Sequence record: DRR723986_2456
Direction: 5' to 3' (one strand)
Length of the DNA stretch: 40,844 bases
In this document: positions 27,818 through 38,103 of the stretch, one piece after another
Layout of the letters: each line of letters begins with the position of its first letter
Position numbering within the stretch: position 1 is the first letter of the stretch
Position numbers and translations under genes: made by a program
Notes under the pieces: model-generated
The model's input: only the letters and a program-made list of their open reading frames with translations
What the model was told of the DNA's origin: nothing
Databases searched by the model: none

Positions 27818-29254
27818 ATGCACCAGCTTTCCGGCCAAGATGCCATGTTCATCCATACCGAGGCAGCGGGCATACCGCAGCATATCAGTAGCCTCGGCAT
27901 TTACGACCAATCCAGCGCCGACGGCGGTTTGGTTCGCTTCAAACAGATTATTGAGTTAATCAGCGCCCGGGCGCCGCTGTCACCGATCTTCACCCGCCAA
28001 TTGCAGCGCGTGCCCTGGGGCCTGGACCAGCCGTGGTGGGAAGAAGTCGAAGACCCCGATGTCGAACGCCATATCCACCACATGGCACTACCCAAGCCAG
28101 GTGATTGGCGGCAGCTGTGTATTCTCGCTGCCCGTATCCACTCGCGCCCGCTCGATATGGAAAAGCCGCTGTGGGAAATGTACGTCATCGAGGGCCTGGA
28201 CAACGTCCCCGGACTCCCGGAGAACTGCTTCGCAGTGCTGCTAAAAGTTCATCATGCCGCTATGGATGGCGCCACGGGGGCGCGTCTGCTTCCCCTGCTG
28301 CATGACCTCAGCCCAACCGTTGAAGATATCCCGGTGCCGGACACTGAGCATGAATCCATGCTTACTCGAAGCGACATACTGAAGAAGGCCGCAGCAAATA
28401 ATCTGCGCAAACCCCTTAAGACCGCCAAACTGGTGGGCAACTTGGTGCCCGCCTGGCAGCGTATCCGCCGCGGTAGAAAAGAGAATGACTTCCGAAGCCT
28501 CGACGACAAACAGCGCACGCGCTTTCAGGGAAAACTGTCCCCCCACCGCGTGGTCGACTCTGTGAATTTTGACTTCGCCGAGCTACGCAGCATCAAACAG
28601 CACTGCGAGGGCGCCACGATTAATGATGTGATGCTGTGCATCGTGTCGGGCGCGCTGCGTCACTACCTCAGCGCCAAGGGGGAATTGCCGGAAAAAACCC
28701 TGGTTGGCGGCTGCCCTATAGATGTGCGCAGCGCCGCCGAGCAAAACAGCGGCGGAAATATGGTCGGCTTTATGACCGTGTCACTGTGCAGCACCATCGC
28801 CGACCCTATGGAGCGCCTGACCCACATTCAGCAAGCCTCGCTGGAGTCCAAAGCCTATGCCAACGCGCTGGGGCCTCGTGTTGCGGTGGATGTCACCGAT
28901 GTATTACATGGCGGAGTTCTGCAGCTCGCGCTGCGCGCCGCCTCAAGTACAGGCCTGTCCGAGGCAGCGGTAATCTTTAACACCGTGATAACCAACGTTC
29001 CCGGCCCGCGCGAGCAGCTGTATTTCTGCGGCGCCCGCTTAGTTAATGGCATGAACTTTGGACCGCTGTTGCCCAACGTCGGCCTGTTCCACATTGTCTA
29101 TTCCAGCGTGCAAAACAAGCGCGGCATCATCGCCCTGTCGTTTACCGCCTGTCGCGATATGATGCCCGACCCCGACTTTTACCGGGAGTGCATCCAGCGC
29201 GCTTACGACGAGCTGCGCGAAAGCGCATTAGCCAGTACCGCAGAGCCGGCATAA
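27818..29254 (+). CDS. Wax ester synthase / diacylglycerol acyltransferase (WS/DGAT)
   Basis: 'LSGQDAMF', 'PLWEMYVIEGL', catalytic HHAAMDG, 'TINDV', 'TNVPGP'. Confidence 0.94.
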   Translation: MHQLSGQDAMFIHTEAAGIPQHISSLGIYDQSSADGGLVRFKQIIELISARAPLSPIFTRQLQRVPWGLDQPWWEEVEDPDVERHIHHMALPKPGDWRQLCILAARIHSRPLDMEKPLWEMYVIEGLDNVPGLPENCFAVLLKVHHAAMDGATGARLLPLLHDLSPTVEDIPVPDTEHESMLTRSDILKKAAANNLRKPLKTAKLVGNLVPAWQRIRRGRKENDFRSLDDKQRTRFQGKLSPHRVVDSVNFDFAELRSIKQHCEGATINDVMLCIVSGALRHYLSAKGELPEKTLVGGCPIDVRSAAEQNSGGNMVGFMTVSLCSTIADPMERLTHIQQASLESKAYANALGPRVAVDVTDVLHGGVLQLALRAASSTGLSEAAVIFNTVITNVPGPREQLYFCGARLVNGMNFGPLLPNVGLFHIVYSSVQNKRGIIALSFTACRDMMPDPDFYRECIQRAYDELRESALASTAEPA

Positions 29255-29281
29255 GTTACCGCGAGTACGCATTAAAGCACT

Positions 29282-30751
29282 ATGAATAATAGCCACGACC
29301 TGCGACTCATCATCGAGTCGCGCATCCCGATTATTGTTATCGAAACCTGGGAGGAGCGCCGAGCACTGACCCTGCTGAGCAAACTCGGCGTTCAACTCGC
29401 GAAACCGCTCTATGCCTGGTCAGCGAGCGACGGTTTGCGGCGTGCCGACCTCGTGGACTCACCATCGCTGCCGCAAACAACATCGCCAGAGGCAGCGCTC
29501 AAACATATTCGCGCCGCCAATTCACCGGGGCTATACGCCCTGTGCGACTTCCACCCGTATTTGAGCAATGAGCCGCTGAATGTACGCTTGATTAAAGACA
29601 TTGCCATGCAAGCAGAGGCGGCAAAGCAGTGTCTTATTTTTATCAGTCATGCATTGCAGATTCCCGCTGAATTCAAGCGCATGACGGCGCGCTTCACGCT
29701 GTCGATGCCCGAAGACCACAAACTGCTCGCCGCGATTCACCGCGAAGCCCAGCAATTTGCCAAGGACAAGGGGCGCAAGGTCCGCACCGACCGCCGCGCC
29801 CTGGACAAGCTGGTCAGCAATCTTCGGGGGCTGCCACTGCAAGACGCGCGAAAACTGGCGCGCGGCGCCATCTATCAGGACGGCGCCATCACCGAGTCAG
29901 ATATTCAGGCCGTCAACAAAGCCAAGTTTCAACTCCTGGATATGGACGGTGTTCTGAGCTTTGAGTACGACACAGAGAGTTTTGCCCATGTCGGTGGCCT
30001 GCTGAAACTGCGCGACTGGTTGCAAAAACGTGAGGCCGCGTTTCTGCAACGTCAGGCGGATGCGCCCAAGGGTATTATGCTGGTTGGCGTTCAGGGCGGT
30101 GGCAAGAGCCTGGCCGCCAAGGCCGTCGCCGGTATGTGGGGCCTGCCCTTGCTGCGCATGGATATGGGGGCGCTGTTTAACAAGTATTTTGGCGAGTCCG
30201 AGCGCAATGTCCGCGAGGCGCTGGCGCTCGCTGAGACCATGTCACCCTGTGTGCTGTGGATAGATGAAATTGAAAAAGGCATTGTCGCCGATAGCAATGA
30301 TGGCGGCACCGCCAAACGGGTGTTAGGCACCCTGCTAACGTGGATGGCAGAGCGTCGGCAAGCTGTTTTTGTTGTGGCCACCGCCAACGCCATCCAACAC
30401 CTGCCGCCCGAATTGATCCGCAAAGGGCGCCTGGATGAAATATTCTTCGTCGACTTGCCCAAACCGGCAATACGCGAAGACATCTTCGCCGTTCACCTGG
30501 AAAAACGCGGCTACTCAGCCGACAGTTTTTCCTTGGAAGTACTGTCTGAGGAAAGCGCAGGGTTTACCGGCGCCGAGATCGAGCAGGCTATTGTTGCCGC
30601 GGGCTACACCGCAAACGCCCGCGACGAAGCGCTAAGCACCGCCCATATCGTCGGTGAACTGGGTAACACCGTGCCGCTGTCCATTACAATGAGTGAGCGT
30701 ATTGACGCCCTTCGCCAATGGTGCAAGGAACGCGCGGTACCCGCCGATTAG
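29282..30751 (+). CDS. AAA family ATPase, Ycf46-like
   Basis: Degenerate N-terminal domain ('IETWEERRA', 'DFHPYL'); Walker A GVQGGGKS, Walker B LWIDEIEK, 'PELIRKGRLDEIFFVDLP'. Confidence 0.9.
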   Translation: MNNSHDLRLIIESRIPIIVIETWEERRALTLLSKLGVQLAKPLYAWSASDGLRRADLVDSPSLPQTTSPEAALKHIRAANSPGLYALCDFHPYLSNEPLNVRLIKDIAMQAEAAKQCLIFISHALQIPAEFKRMTARFTLSMPEDHKLLAAIHREAQQFAKDKGRKVRTDRRALDKLVSNLRGLPLQDARKLARGAIYQDGAITESDIQAVNKAKFQLLDMDGVLSFEYDTESFAHVGGLLKLRDWLQKREAAFLQRQADAPKGIMLVGVQGGGKSLAAKAVAGMWGLPLLRMDMGALFNKYFGESERNVREALALAETMSPCVLWIDEIEKGIVADSNDGGTAKRVLGTLLTWMAERRQAVFVVATANAIQHLPPELIRKGRLDEIFFVDLPKPAIREDIFAVHLEKRGYSADSFSLEVLSEESAGFTGAEIEQAIVAAGYTANARDEALSTAHIVGELGNTVPLSITMSERIDALRQWCKERAVPAD

Positions 30752-30759
30752 CCCCGGCG

Positions 30760-31683
30760 CTACAAGCCGGGCTCGCGCGCCGCGACCTCACGCAGCACAG
30801 GCAGCAAGCCGTAGGCTTCAAACACGGCTTTGATCTGCTCATCATTGCCGGTGCGCCTGCTCTTGTTGCGCCGCTTTAACGACACCTCCTGGCTGCCTGC
30901 AATCACTGGAAAACGCTGCATCCACACCCCACGCCCTTCCAACATGGTGCACACGGTACCCGCTTTCAGGCTCATGGCTTTCAACCATACATCGTCGGCA
31001 TTGGGAGCCAGACGGGAAAAGGCCTCAACGTCGTCAATGCTGTCGTCAAAACAACCGGGGAAATACAGCACACCACCCACGCCAGTGGGGAAAATCATTA
31101 GCGAGCTGTCGCGGTCATCATTGCGCCGCCACCATTGCTTATAGGGCAGCAGCTCGCCCTTGTCGTCTAAGCGGATACGGTGGCCGCGCGTACAGTGAAT
31201 CTCATTGGGCGCTTGTAAGTGAGCGCGATAGAGCTGGTCGACCATGTCCTGTGGGTAAAGAATATCGTCGTCAACTGTGAGCAATAACGCCTCGGGGTAT
31301 TTCTGCAAGGCGTAGAAGAACTTGGTATAGGGGCCGAGATCTTTCTCAACAAACTCGATGTCCAGCCCGCGCGCGCATTGACGCTTCAGAATTGCCGGAA
31401 TGCCGGCATCGCTGAACTCCTCGGCAGACAACCACAACACGATACGGTCTGGTTTATGGGACTGCTGAAGCAGACTCTCAATCGTTAAATACACATCGTG
31501 AATGCGCTTGCTGAAACTGGTTAGCGAAACAACGATGGGGCGCGGCGTATTTTCCGCCACACCCCGTTCTGTGCGATGCAAGGCATCGGCCTCAAAGCGC
31601 TGGGTCAAGGCCTCAACCCGGCGGTCAATCGCCTCGGCCAATGCGCGTTTTTGGCGCTTTTCCTGGCGGAGTTTTTTCAACAT
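30760..31683 (-). CDS. GT-A-fold glycosyltransferase-like protein
   Basis: 'VVSLTSFSKRI..TIESLLQQ..PDRIVLWL', 'TVDDDILY' DxD motif, 'ADDVWL'; start taken as ATG 31683. Confidence 0.75.
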   Translation of the reverse strand: MLKKLRQEKRQKRALAEAIDRRVEALTQRFEADALHRTERGVAENTPRPIVVSLTSFSKRIHDVYLTIESLLQQSHKPDRIVLWLSAEEFSDAGIPAILKRQCARGLDIEFVEKDLGPYTKFFYALQKYPEALLLTVDDDILYPQDMVDQLYRAHLQAPNEIHCTRGHRIRLDDKGELLPYKQWWRRNDDRDSSLMIFPTGVGGVLYFPGCFDDSIDDVEAFSRLAPNADDVWLKAMSLKAGTVCTMLEGRGVWMQRFPVIAGSQEVSLKRRNKSRRTGNDEQIKAVFEAYGLLPVLREVAAREPGL

Positions 31684-31774
31684 CGTGTAATGATTCCCGT
31701 AATCTCTGTCAGAGCGATGGCGTCGCCCAGCTGTGTCACTGTATGCTGCGCACTGTATCAAACCGTGAACAACT

Positions 31775-32656
31775 ATGCCCTTACTTGCTCTACAACACCT
31801 TTGCTGCCCCATTGATGGCGAGGCCATGCAGCGCAGCGATCAACAGTGGCGCTGCCCGCGCGGTCACAGCTTTGATATTGCTCGCCAAGGTTACATCAAC
31901 TTGCTGCCGGTACAGCACAAAAAATCCAAGGACCCCGGCGACAGCAAAGCCATGGTCAATGCGCGCAAGCAATTTTTGGATCGCGGTATATACCGGCCCA
32001 TTGCCGATGCCATCACTCAGCTATTGTTCGACGAATTTGGCGAGGCAGCGTCATGCAGCGTCCTGGACGCCGGTTGCGGCGATGGCTACTACCTCAACAC
32101 GCTCGCACAAGCGCTGGCCGACCGGGGCGGCAACGTCACGGCAACCGGCCTGGATATTTCAAAGTGGGCGCTGCGTTGCTGCCTGCAGCGCAACCGCTCA
32201 CTAAACGGCATTGTTGCCAGCAATCGCAGCGTGCCGCTGCCCACCTCCAGCCAGGACATTGTCCTCTGCGCCTTCGGTTTTCCGGTGTACAACGAATTTT
32301 CACGGCTACTGCGCGACGGCGGCTACTACCTTCAGGTGGACAGCGGCCCCGACCACTTACTGGAATTGCGGGAAAAGCTGTACGCCGAATTGCGGCGCAG
32401 CGAGCCACCGAGCTTGGACAAGGCAGAACAACTTATCGGCCCCTTGCATAGGCGAGTGCGCGTCCACCAACAAACCCGCGCACTGTCACGCAGCGAGCTT
32501 GACGAGCTGCTAAGCATGACACCCCACAACTACCGCGCCACCCACGAGGCTCGGCAAGCGCTGTTAAGCAGTGCACCGATGTCACTAACCCTGGATGTAG
32601 AGCTGCGGTTATTGCGCTGCCATGGCGCTGTTGGGGAAGATCAGGGGAATGAATAG
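31775..32656 (+). CDS. rlmA: RlmA-like SAM-dependent rRNA methyltransferase
   Basis: Zn motif 'CPID...CPRGHSFDIARQGYINLL', 'PGDSKAM', SAM motif LDAGCGDG, 'MTP'. Confidence 0.82.
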   Translation: MPLLALQHLCCPIDGEAMQRSDQQWRCPRGHSFDIARQGYINLLPVQHKKSKDPGDSKAMVNARKQFLDRGIYRPIADAITQLLFDEFGEAASCSVLDAGCGDGYYLNTLAQALADRGGNVTATGLDISKWALRCCLQRNRSLNGIVASNRSVPLPTSSQDIVLCAFGFPVYNEFSRLLRDGGYYLQVDSGPDHLLELREKLYAELRRSEPPSLDKAEQLIGPLHRRVRVHQQTRALSRSELDELLSMTPHNYRATHEARQALLSSAPMSLTLDVELRLLRCHGAVGEDQGNE

Positions 32657-32775
32657 TGCCGCTCGCGGTCTATTGATCGCGACGCATTGCTAAACCTCGC
32701 CCCAGCAGCGCTTGAAAATGGCACAAATGCCCCCACCATCGGGCACATAAGAATATTGTCACAGGTAGATCTTAA

Positions 32776-33732
32776 ATGACCGAACACCAACACATCAGCC
32801 AGCTCCACGACTGGTTGAACAGCCAGATTATCGGCCAGCAGCAACTCACCCAACGCCTGCTTATTGCCCTGTTGGCAGACGGCCACCTGCTGGTTGAAGG
32901 CGCCCCCGGCCTGGCGAAAACCAAGGCGATCAAAACCCTCTCCGATGCCATTGAGGGCAGCTTCCAGCGCATTCAGTTCACCCCGGACCTGCTACCTGGC
33001 GATGTCACCGGTAGCGAAATCTATCGCCCCGAAACCGGCGTGTTTGAGTTCCAGCGCGGCCCCATATTCCACAATCTGTTGCTGGCCGACGAGATCAACC
33101 GGGCCCCGGCTAAAGTGCAGTCCGCACTGCTGGAAGCCATGGCGGAAAGGCAGGTCAGCGTCGGCAGCCACAGCTACGCCCTGGACTCCTTGTTCTTGGT
33201 AATGGCAACCCAAAACCCGCTTGAGCAAGAGGGTACCTACCCACTGCCAGAGGCTCAGCTCGACCGCTTCCTGATGCATGTCAATGTCGACTACCCCAGT
33301 GCAGAAGCCGAGCTGGCCATTCTGCGCAGCGTACGCAACGAGGCACAGGGCGAGCAAAGCGCTGCCCCGCAAATCAGTCAGCAGGCGATATTTTCGGCAA
33401 GGCAGCAGGCTTTGGATATTCATATGGCCGACGCCGTGGAGCAGTACATCGTGCAACTGGTCGTCGCGACGCGCAATGCCGGCCAGTGGGACCAACAGCT
33501 CGACCAGTGGCTCGATGTCGGCGCCAGCCCGCGAGCGACCATCGCCCTGGACCGCTGCTCGCGTGCCCATGCCTGGCTGGCCGGCCGAGACTACGTTAGC
33601 CCGGATGATGTCCAAGCTGTCGCCCACGACGTGCTCCGCCACCGTTTAATTATCAGCTTCGCCGCTGAGGCTGAGGGCGTTGCCCGCGACCAATTGATAG
33701 ACCGACTGATTCATTGCGTACCCGTTGCCTAA
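32776..33732 (+). CDS. moxR: MoxR family AAA+ ATPase
   Basis: 'EGAPGLAKT', 'RIQFTPDLLPGD', 'LADEINRAPAKVQSALLEAM', 'EGTYPLPEAQLDRF'. Confidence 0.96.
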   Translation: MTEHQHISQLHDWLNSQIIGQQQLTQRLLIALLADGHLLVEGAPGLAKTKAIKTLSDAIEGSFQRIQFTPDLLPGDVTGSEIYRPETGVFEFQRGPIFHNLLLADEINRAPAKVQSALLEAMAERQVSVGSHSYALDSLFLVMATQNPLEQEGTYPLPEAQLDRFLMHVNVDYPSAEAELAILRSVRNEAQGEQSAAPQISQQAIFSARQQALDIHMADAVEQYIVQLVVATRNAGQWDQQLDQWLDVGASPRATIALDRCSRAHAWLAGRDYVSPDDVQAVAHDVLRHRLIISFAAEAEGVARDQLIDRLIHCVPVA

Positions 33733-33738
33733 ACCGCT

Positions 33739-34686
33739 ATGGCCAAAGCGACGTCTTCAACAGAATCGATGAACTACGTAGTTCGCGGCGCGAGTGTTAA
33801 CCGCGCTGCGCTGATAGCCGCCAGACTGACCGCGCGGCAACTTCGCCTGCGCCAACAACGGCGCCACGTCGCCCGACAAACCGGCAATCACCCGGCGCCC
33901 TTCAAAGGTCGCGGCTTGAGCTTCCAACAACTTCGCGCTTACCAAGGCGGCGACGAGATTCGCCACATCGACTGGCGGGTAACCGCGCGCACCACCAAGC
34001 CGCACACCCGCGTGTTTGAGGAAGAGCGCGAGCGGCCGATTGTTATTTGCCTGGACCAGCGTCGGCCGATGGCCTTTGGCAGCCGCCATTGCTTTAAGTC
34101 AGTCATGGCCTGCCACGCCGCGGCGCTGCTGGCATGGAATGGTCTGGACAGCAATGACCGAGTCGGCGGCCTTATTTTTTCCGACGACCGCCACAACGAG
34201 TTCCGGCCTAAGCGCAGCAGCCGAGCAGTACTGCATTTGTTAAACAGCGCCTGCGAGTACAGCGAGCGGCTACTCCAAGCACCCTCAGAGGATAAACAAC
34301 AAGCCCTGTCCTCAGCGCTGGAGGAGCTTCGGCGTATCACCAGGCCGGGCTCATCAGTATTTATCTTAAGCGATTTTCACGACTACGATGACGAAGCCCA
34401 CAAGCAATTGCTGCTGCTGTCACGTCACAACGACATTGTCGCGCTGGGCATCAACGACCCGCTCGAGCTGCGCTTGCCGCTGCAAGGTGCGCTGCCCCTC
34501 AGCGATGGCCAGCAGCGTTCGGTCATTAATATCGACCAGCGGCTACAACAGCACTACCGCGATCACATCGCACAGGCCCAGCAAACGCTTCAACAACAAC
34601 TTCGTCAGCTGGGCGTTGTTTTCTTACCACTGCATACCGATGACGACCTACTGGACATCCTCAGCAGGGAGATCCGGCTAACATGA
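33739..34686 (+). CDS. DUF58 domain protein
   Basis: 'LRAYQGGDEIRHIDWRVTAR..EEERE', 'LSDF'; directly follows moxR. Confidence 0.92.
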   Translation: MAKATSSTESMNYVVRGASVNRAALIAARLTARQLRLRQQRRHVARQTGNHPAPFKGRGLSFQQLRAYQGGDEIRHIDWRVTARTTKPHTRVFEEERERPIVICLDQRRPMAFGSRHCFKSVMACHAAALLAWNGLDSNDRVGGLIFSDDRHNEFRPKRSSRAVLHLLNSACEYSERLLQAPSEDKQQALSSALEELRRITRPGSSVFILSDFHDYDDEAHKQLLLLSRHNDIVALGINDPLELRLPLQGALPLSDGQQRSVINIDQRLQQHYRDHIAQAQQTLQQQLRQLGVVFLPLHTDDDLLDILSREIRLT

Positions 34687-35165
34687 CGCCAAGGCCCACA
34701 GACCCATTGGCCCAACTCGCCGACATCCACCTACCGCCACCGCCGGCTGATTTTCCCTGGGCCTGGGGCTGGTTTGCCCTGCTCGGACTGCTGTTGTTGG
34801 TCGCCCTCACCGGTGCGCTGTATTGGCGCCGCCGCTACAACCGCAACGCCTATCGCCGCGCCGCGCTGGCGGAACTCGAAAGGCTCACGCAGCAAAGCGA
34901 TGACAGCCTTTACGCCGCGAGCGCCAATCAATTGCTGCGCCGAGTCGCTTTACAGCTTGATGGCCAACGCGCCGCTACTGAACGAGGCGACGCCTGGTGC
35001 GAGCTGTTAAATAGTTACTGCAAGCACCCTGTGTTTACTACCCTGCAGTTTGCCGAACTGGAGACCGCCGCTTATCAGGCAACGTCGCAGCTGACTGATC
35101 GCGACGGGCTGCATAGGTCAGTAAGCACATGGCTGCGCACGCACAGGAGAGCGAAGGGATGCTGA
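34683..35165 (+). CDS. DUF4381 domain protein
   Basis: 'LAQLADIHLP...PWAWGW', TM segment, 'YRRAAL'; canonical operon position. Confidence 0.88.
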   Translation: MTPRPTDPLAQLADIHLPPPPADFPWAWGWFALLGLLLLVALTGALYWRRRYNRNAYRRAALAELERLTQQSDDSLYAASANQLLRRVALQLDGQRAATERGDAWCELLNSYCKHPVFTTLQFAELETAAYQATSQLTDRDGLHRSVSTWLRTHRRAKGC

Positions 35166-36163
35166 GTTTACAGTGGCCATGGCTGTTGTTGCTGCTGCCC
35201 CTGCCACTCATCGTTAGGGCACTGAGCAAACCCGCAAGCGAGCAGGCCGTGCGAAGCGCCCTGCGGGTGCCGTTTTACCACCAACTGATGCAGCTTCGCG
35301 ACCGCGAAAGCCTCAGCATAAAAAACACCAAAAGCCCGCTTGTCATTGCACATTGGCTGCTCTGGCTCAGCCTGCTTGCCGCCGCCAGTGGTCCACAGTG
35401 GGTGGGTGAGCCTCAGGCGCTTCCCAGCACCGGCAGGGATCTAATGCTGGCAGTCGACATCTCAGGGTCGATGGCTCAGCAAGATATGAAAGTTCAAGGC
35501 AGCGCCCTGCCTCGCATTACTGTGGTAAAGGCAGTCGTCAACGAATTTGTCCGCCAGCGCCAAGGCGACAAGCTCGGACTCATCCTATTCGGCTCACGCG
35601 CCTACATTCAATCTCCGCTCTCTTTCGACTTAGTTACCCTCGGCCAACTGATGGAGGAAGCCGAGGTTGGCTTTGCAGGTAAACAAACCGCCATCGGCGA
35701 TGCCATTGGCTTTGCCATCAAGCGACTGCGTAAACGCCCGGAAAATAGCCGCGTGGTAATTTTATTAACCGATGGTGCCGACACCGCCAGCACCCTACCG
35801 CCCTTAGAGGCGGCCGCCGTAGCCCAGCGCGAGAATATCCGCATTTACACCATTGGTGTCGGCGCAACAGAAATGGTGAAGCGAGGTTTTTTTGGAACCG
35901 GGCTGGGGGCAAAAAAAATTAACCCCTCTGCCGACCTCGATGAAAAAACACTGCGCGAAATCGCCCACCAAACCGGCGGCGAATATTACCGCGCGCGCAA
36001 CACAGAAGAACTGCAAGCGGCCTACAATGCCATTGCCGCACTAGAGCCGATTGAACAGGAACAGCAACAGATTCGGCCGCGACGTTCCCTCCTTCACTGG
36101 CCATTGACCGCAGCGCTAATCGCCGCGCTGGCGATTGCGCTGGCGCAAAGGAGATCGCAATGA
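35159..36163 (+). CDS. batA: VWA domain protein, BatA-like
   Basis: 'WPWLLLLLPLP', MIDAS 'DISGSM', 'TAIGDAI', 'LLTDG'; start moved to ATG 35159. Confidence 0.9.
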   Translation: MLSLQWPWLLLLLPLPLIVRALSKPASEQAVRSALRVPFYHQLMQLRDRESLSIKNTKSPLVIAHWLLWLSLLAAASGPQWVGEPQALPSTGRDLMLAVDISGSMAQQDMKVQGSALPRITVVKAVVNEFVRQRQGDKLGLILFGSRAYIQSPLSFDLVTLGQLMEEAEVGFAGKQTAIGDAIGFAIKRLRKRPENSRVVILLTDGADTASTLPPLEAAAVAQRENIRIYTIGVGATEMVKRGFFGTGLGAKKINPSADLDEKTLREIAHQTGGEYYRARNTEELQAAYNAIAALEPIEQEQQQIRPRRSLLHWPLTAALIAALAIALAQRRSQ

Positions 36164-38103
36164 TAACGCTACACTGGTTGCGTCCCGAGTGGGTGTGGAG
36201 CGCACTGCCAATACTGCTGTGCTTATGGCTGCACCTTCGCCAGCAGCGCTCGGCGCAGCAGTGGCAACAATTTATCGACCCTGGCTTATTGCCCCACCTC
36301 CTTGAGCAGCCGCAAGGCGGCTATTCTCGGCGCCTGTGGCCAGTGTTCTTGGCGGGGTTGTTGTGCTGGCTGGCACTGATGGGGCCAAGCTGGCAACGCC
36401 TGCCAAGTCCCGTATTAGAAGACCGAGGCGGTTTGGCAATTGTGCTGGACCTGTCACCCTCCATGCTTGCCGAAGACCTACAACCGTCGCGACTGCAGCG
36501 GGCTAAATATGCCATACGCGACCTGCTGGCACTGCGCGCCGACGGCCAAACAGGCTTGGTGGCCAGTGCCGGCGACGCCTTTGTGGTAGCGCCGCTCACC
36601 GATGATGGCAACACCCTCAATACGCTGCTGCCCGCCCTCCATCCAGCTATGATGCCTGTGCAAGGCAGCAACCCCCTTAGCGGACTCGTCCAGGCGCAGC
36701 AGCTACTCGACAATGCCGGTAGCCCCAGCGGCCACATTCTGCTTATCGGCGATGGCTTTTCTGCACAGCAGCTAAAGGGACTGGAGAGCTTTGTCGACCA
36801 GTCCTCTTACCCGGTTTCAATTATCGGTGTGGGCAGTGAACAGGGCGCGCCTATCCCCCTGCTGGAAGGGGGCTTTTTAAAGGACTCACAAGGCAACACC
36901 ATTGTCGCCAGTATGCCAGAGGCCTTGATGCAGGCCCTGGCCCGCAAAGCCGGGGGCCAGTACATTAACTTACGCGCGCCCCGGAGCGATTCCGCCCTGC
37001 GCAAACTGGCCGCTGGCAGCCAACAATTTGAAGAGAGTACGCAGCAGCAAACCTTCGAGCAGTGGCAAGACGGCGGCCAGTGGTTAGCCGTGCTCCTGCT
37101 GCCCTTTGCCCTGCTGGCCTTCCGGCGCGGTGCCATGCTGATTGTATTCCTCGCGATACTCACCCAGCCCGAGCACAGCTATGCGCTGGACTGGCAGCAC
37201 CCGTGGAAAACAGCCGATCAACAAGCAATGCAGCGCTTTCAGGAGGCGCCCGCAGAAGCCGCCGACATGTTCCGCGATCCAATGTGGCGCGGCAGCGCCC
37301 ACTATCGCGCCGGCAACTATGCCGCGGCGGCGGATGCTTTCGCAGAGCGAGACTCCGCTGACGCTCACTATAACCGTGGCAACGCACTGGCCAAGGCGGG
37401 AAAACTGGCCGAGGCCTTGAAGGCCTACGATCAAGCGTTACAACGCCAGCCCGACATGGCCGATGCCAAAGCCAACAAGGCATTAGTAGAGCAATTAACA
37501 AAACAACAGCAGCAAGGCGGCGACCAAGGTTCTGAAAACCAGGGTTCTAAAAACGAGGGTTCTGAAAACCAGGGCTCTGAAAACAAAGGTTCTGAAAATC
37601 AGGCCTCTGAAAACCAGGGCTCTCAAAATCAAGACGCTGATAACCAAGAACAAGGCGGCGACCCGCAAGATAACAACGCGGCTGACAACAATGCCACCAA
37701 CGCAGGCGAAAACCCGCAACAGTCATCAGGGGAACAGCAAGCCGCCCCATCAGAGGATCCAGGCACCGACGATTCCGGCGCCGCACCTGCTTCAGAAAAC
37801 ACAGCGAACCAGAGGGCTCTCGCCGAGCAGCACGCGCAACAGCGCGGTGAGAATGACGATGCGCGAAACGACGCTGTCGCCCGACAAAGCGACGGCACTA
37901 CGCCCGCTGAAAATGCCAAAGCAGCGCCTGCTGCTGGTGCTGCTCAGGCGCCGCTGTCAGAGGAAGAACAGGCGCAAGAGCAGTGGCTGAGAAATATTCC
38001 TGACAGCTCCGATACGCTGCTTCGCAACAAATTCCAATACCAATATGATCAGCGCCGCCGCCAAGGCGAGCTGCCGGAGGCCGAAAACTATGCCCCGTAT
38101 TAA
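36160..38103 (+). CDS. batB: VWA + TPR protein, BatB/BatC-like fusion with low-complexity Q/E/N tail
   Basis: 'DLSPSM' VWA motif, TPR 'AHYNRGNALAKAGKLAEALKAYDQAL', C-terminal 'EQWLRNIPD...LLRNKF'. Confidence 0.88.
   Translation: MITLHWLRPEWVWSALPILLCLWLHLRQQRSAQQWQQFIDPGLLPHLLEQPQGGYSRRLWPVFLAGLLCWLALMGPSWQRLPSPVLEDRGGLAIVLDLSPSMLAEDLQPSRLQRAKYAIRDLLALRADGQTGLVASAGDAFVVAPLTDDGNTLNTLLPALHPAMMPVQGSNPLSGLVQAQQLLDNAGSPSGHILLIGDGFSAQQLKGLESFVDQSSYPVSIIGVGSEQGAPIPLLEGGFLKDSQGNTIVASMPEALMQALARKAGGQYINLRAPRSDSALRKLAAGSQQFEESTQQQTFEQWQDGGQWLAVLLLPFALLAFRRGAMLIVFLAILTQPEHSYALDWQHPWKTADQQAMQRFQEAPAEAADMFRDPMWRGSAHYRAGNYAAAADAFAERDSADAHYNRGNALAKAGKLAEALKAYDQALQRQPDMADAKANKALVEQLTKQQQQGGDQGSENQGSKNEGSENQGSENKGSENQASENQGSQNQDADNQEQGGDPQDNNAADNNATNAGENPQQSSGEQQAAPSEDPGTDDSGAAPASENTANQRALAEQHAQQRGENDDARNDAVARQSDGTTPAENAKAAPAAGAAQAPLSEEEQAQEQWLRNIPDSSDTLLRNKFQYQYDQRRRQGELPEAENYAPY
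37525..37629 (+). repeat. Coding 15-bp tandem repeat, 7 copies (QGSEN-like)
   Basis: caaggttctgaaaac cagggttctaaaaac gagggttctgaaaac cagggctctgaaaac aaaggttctgaaaat caggcctctgaaaac cagggctctcaaaat. Confidence 0.95.

Noticed and set aside
37525-37629. Possible CRISPR array
   Set aside because: Contiguous 15-bp units with no spacers, in frame within a CDS, and no cas genes.
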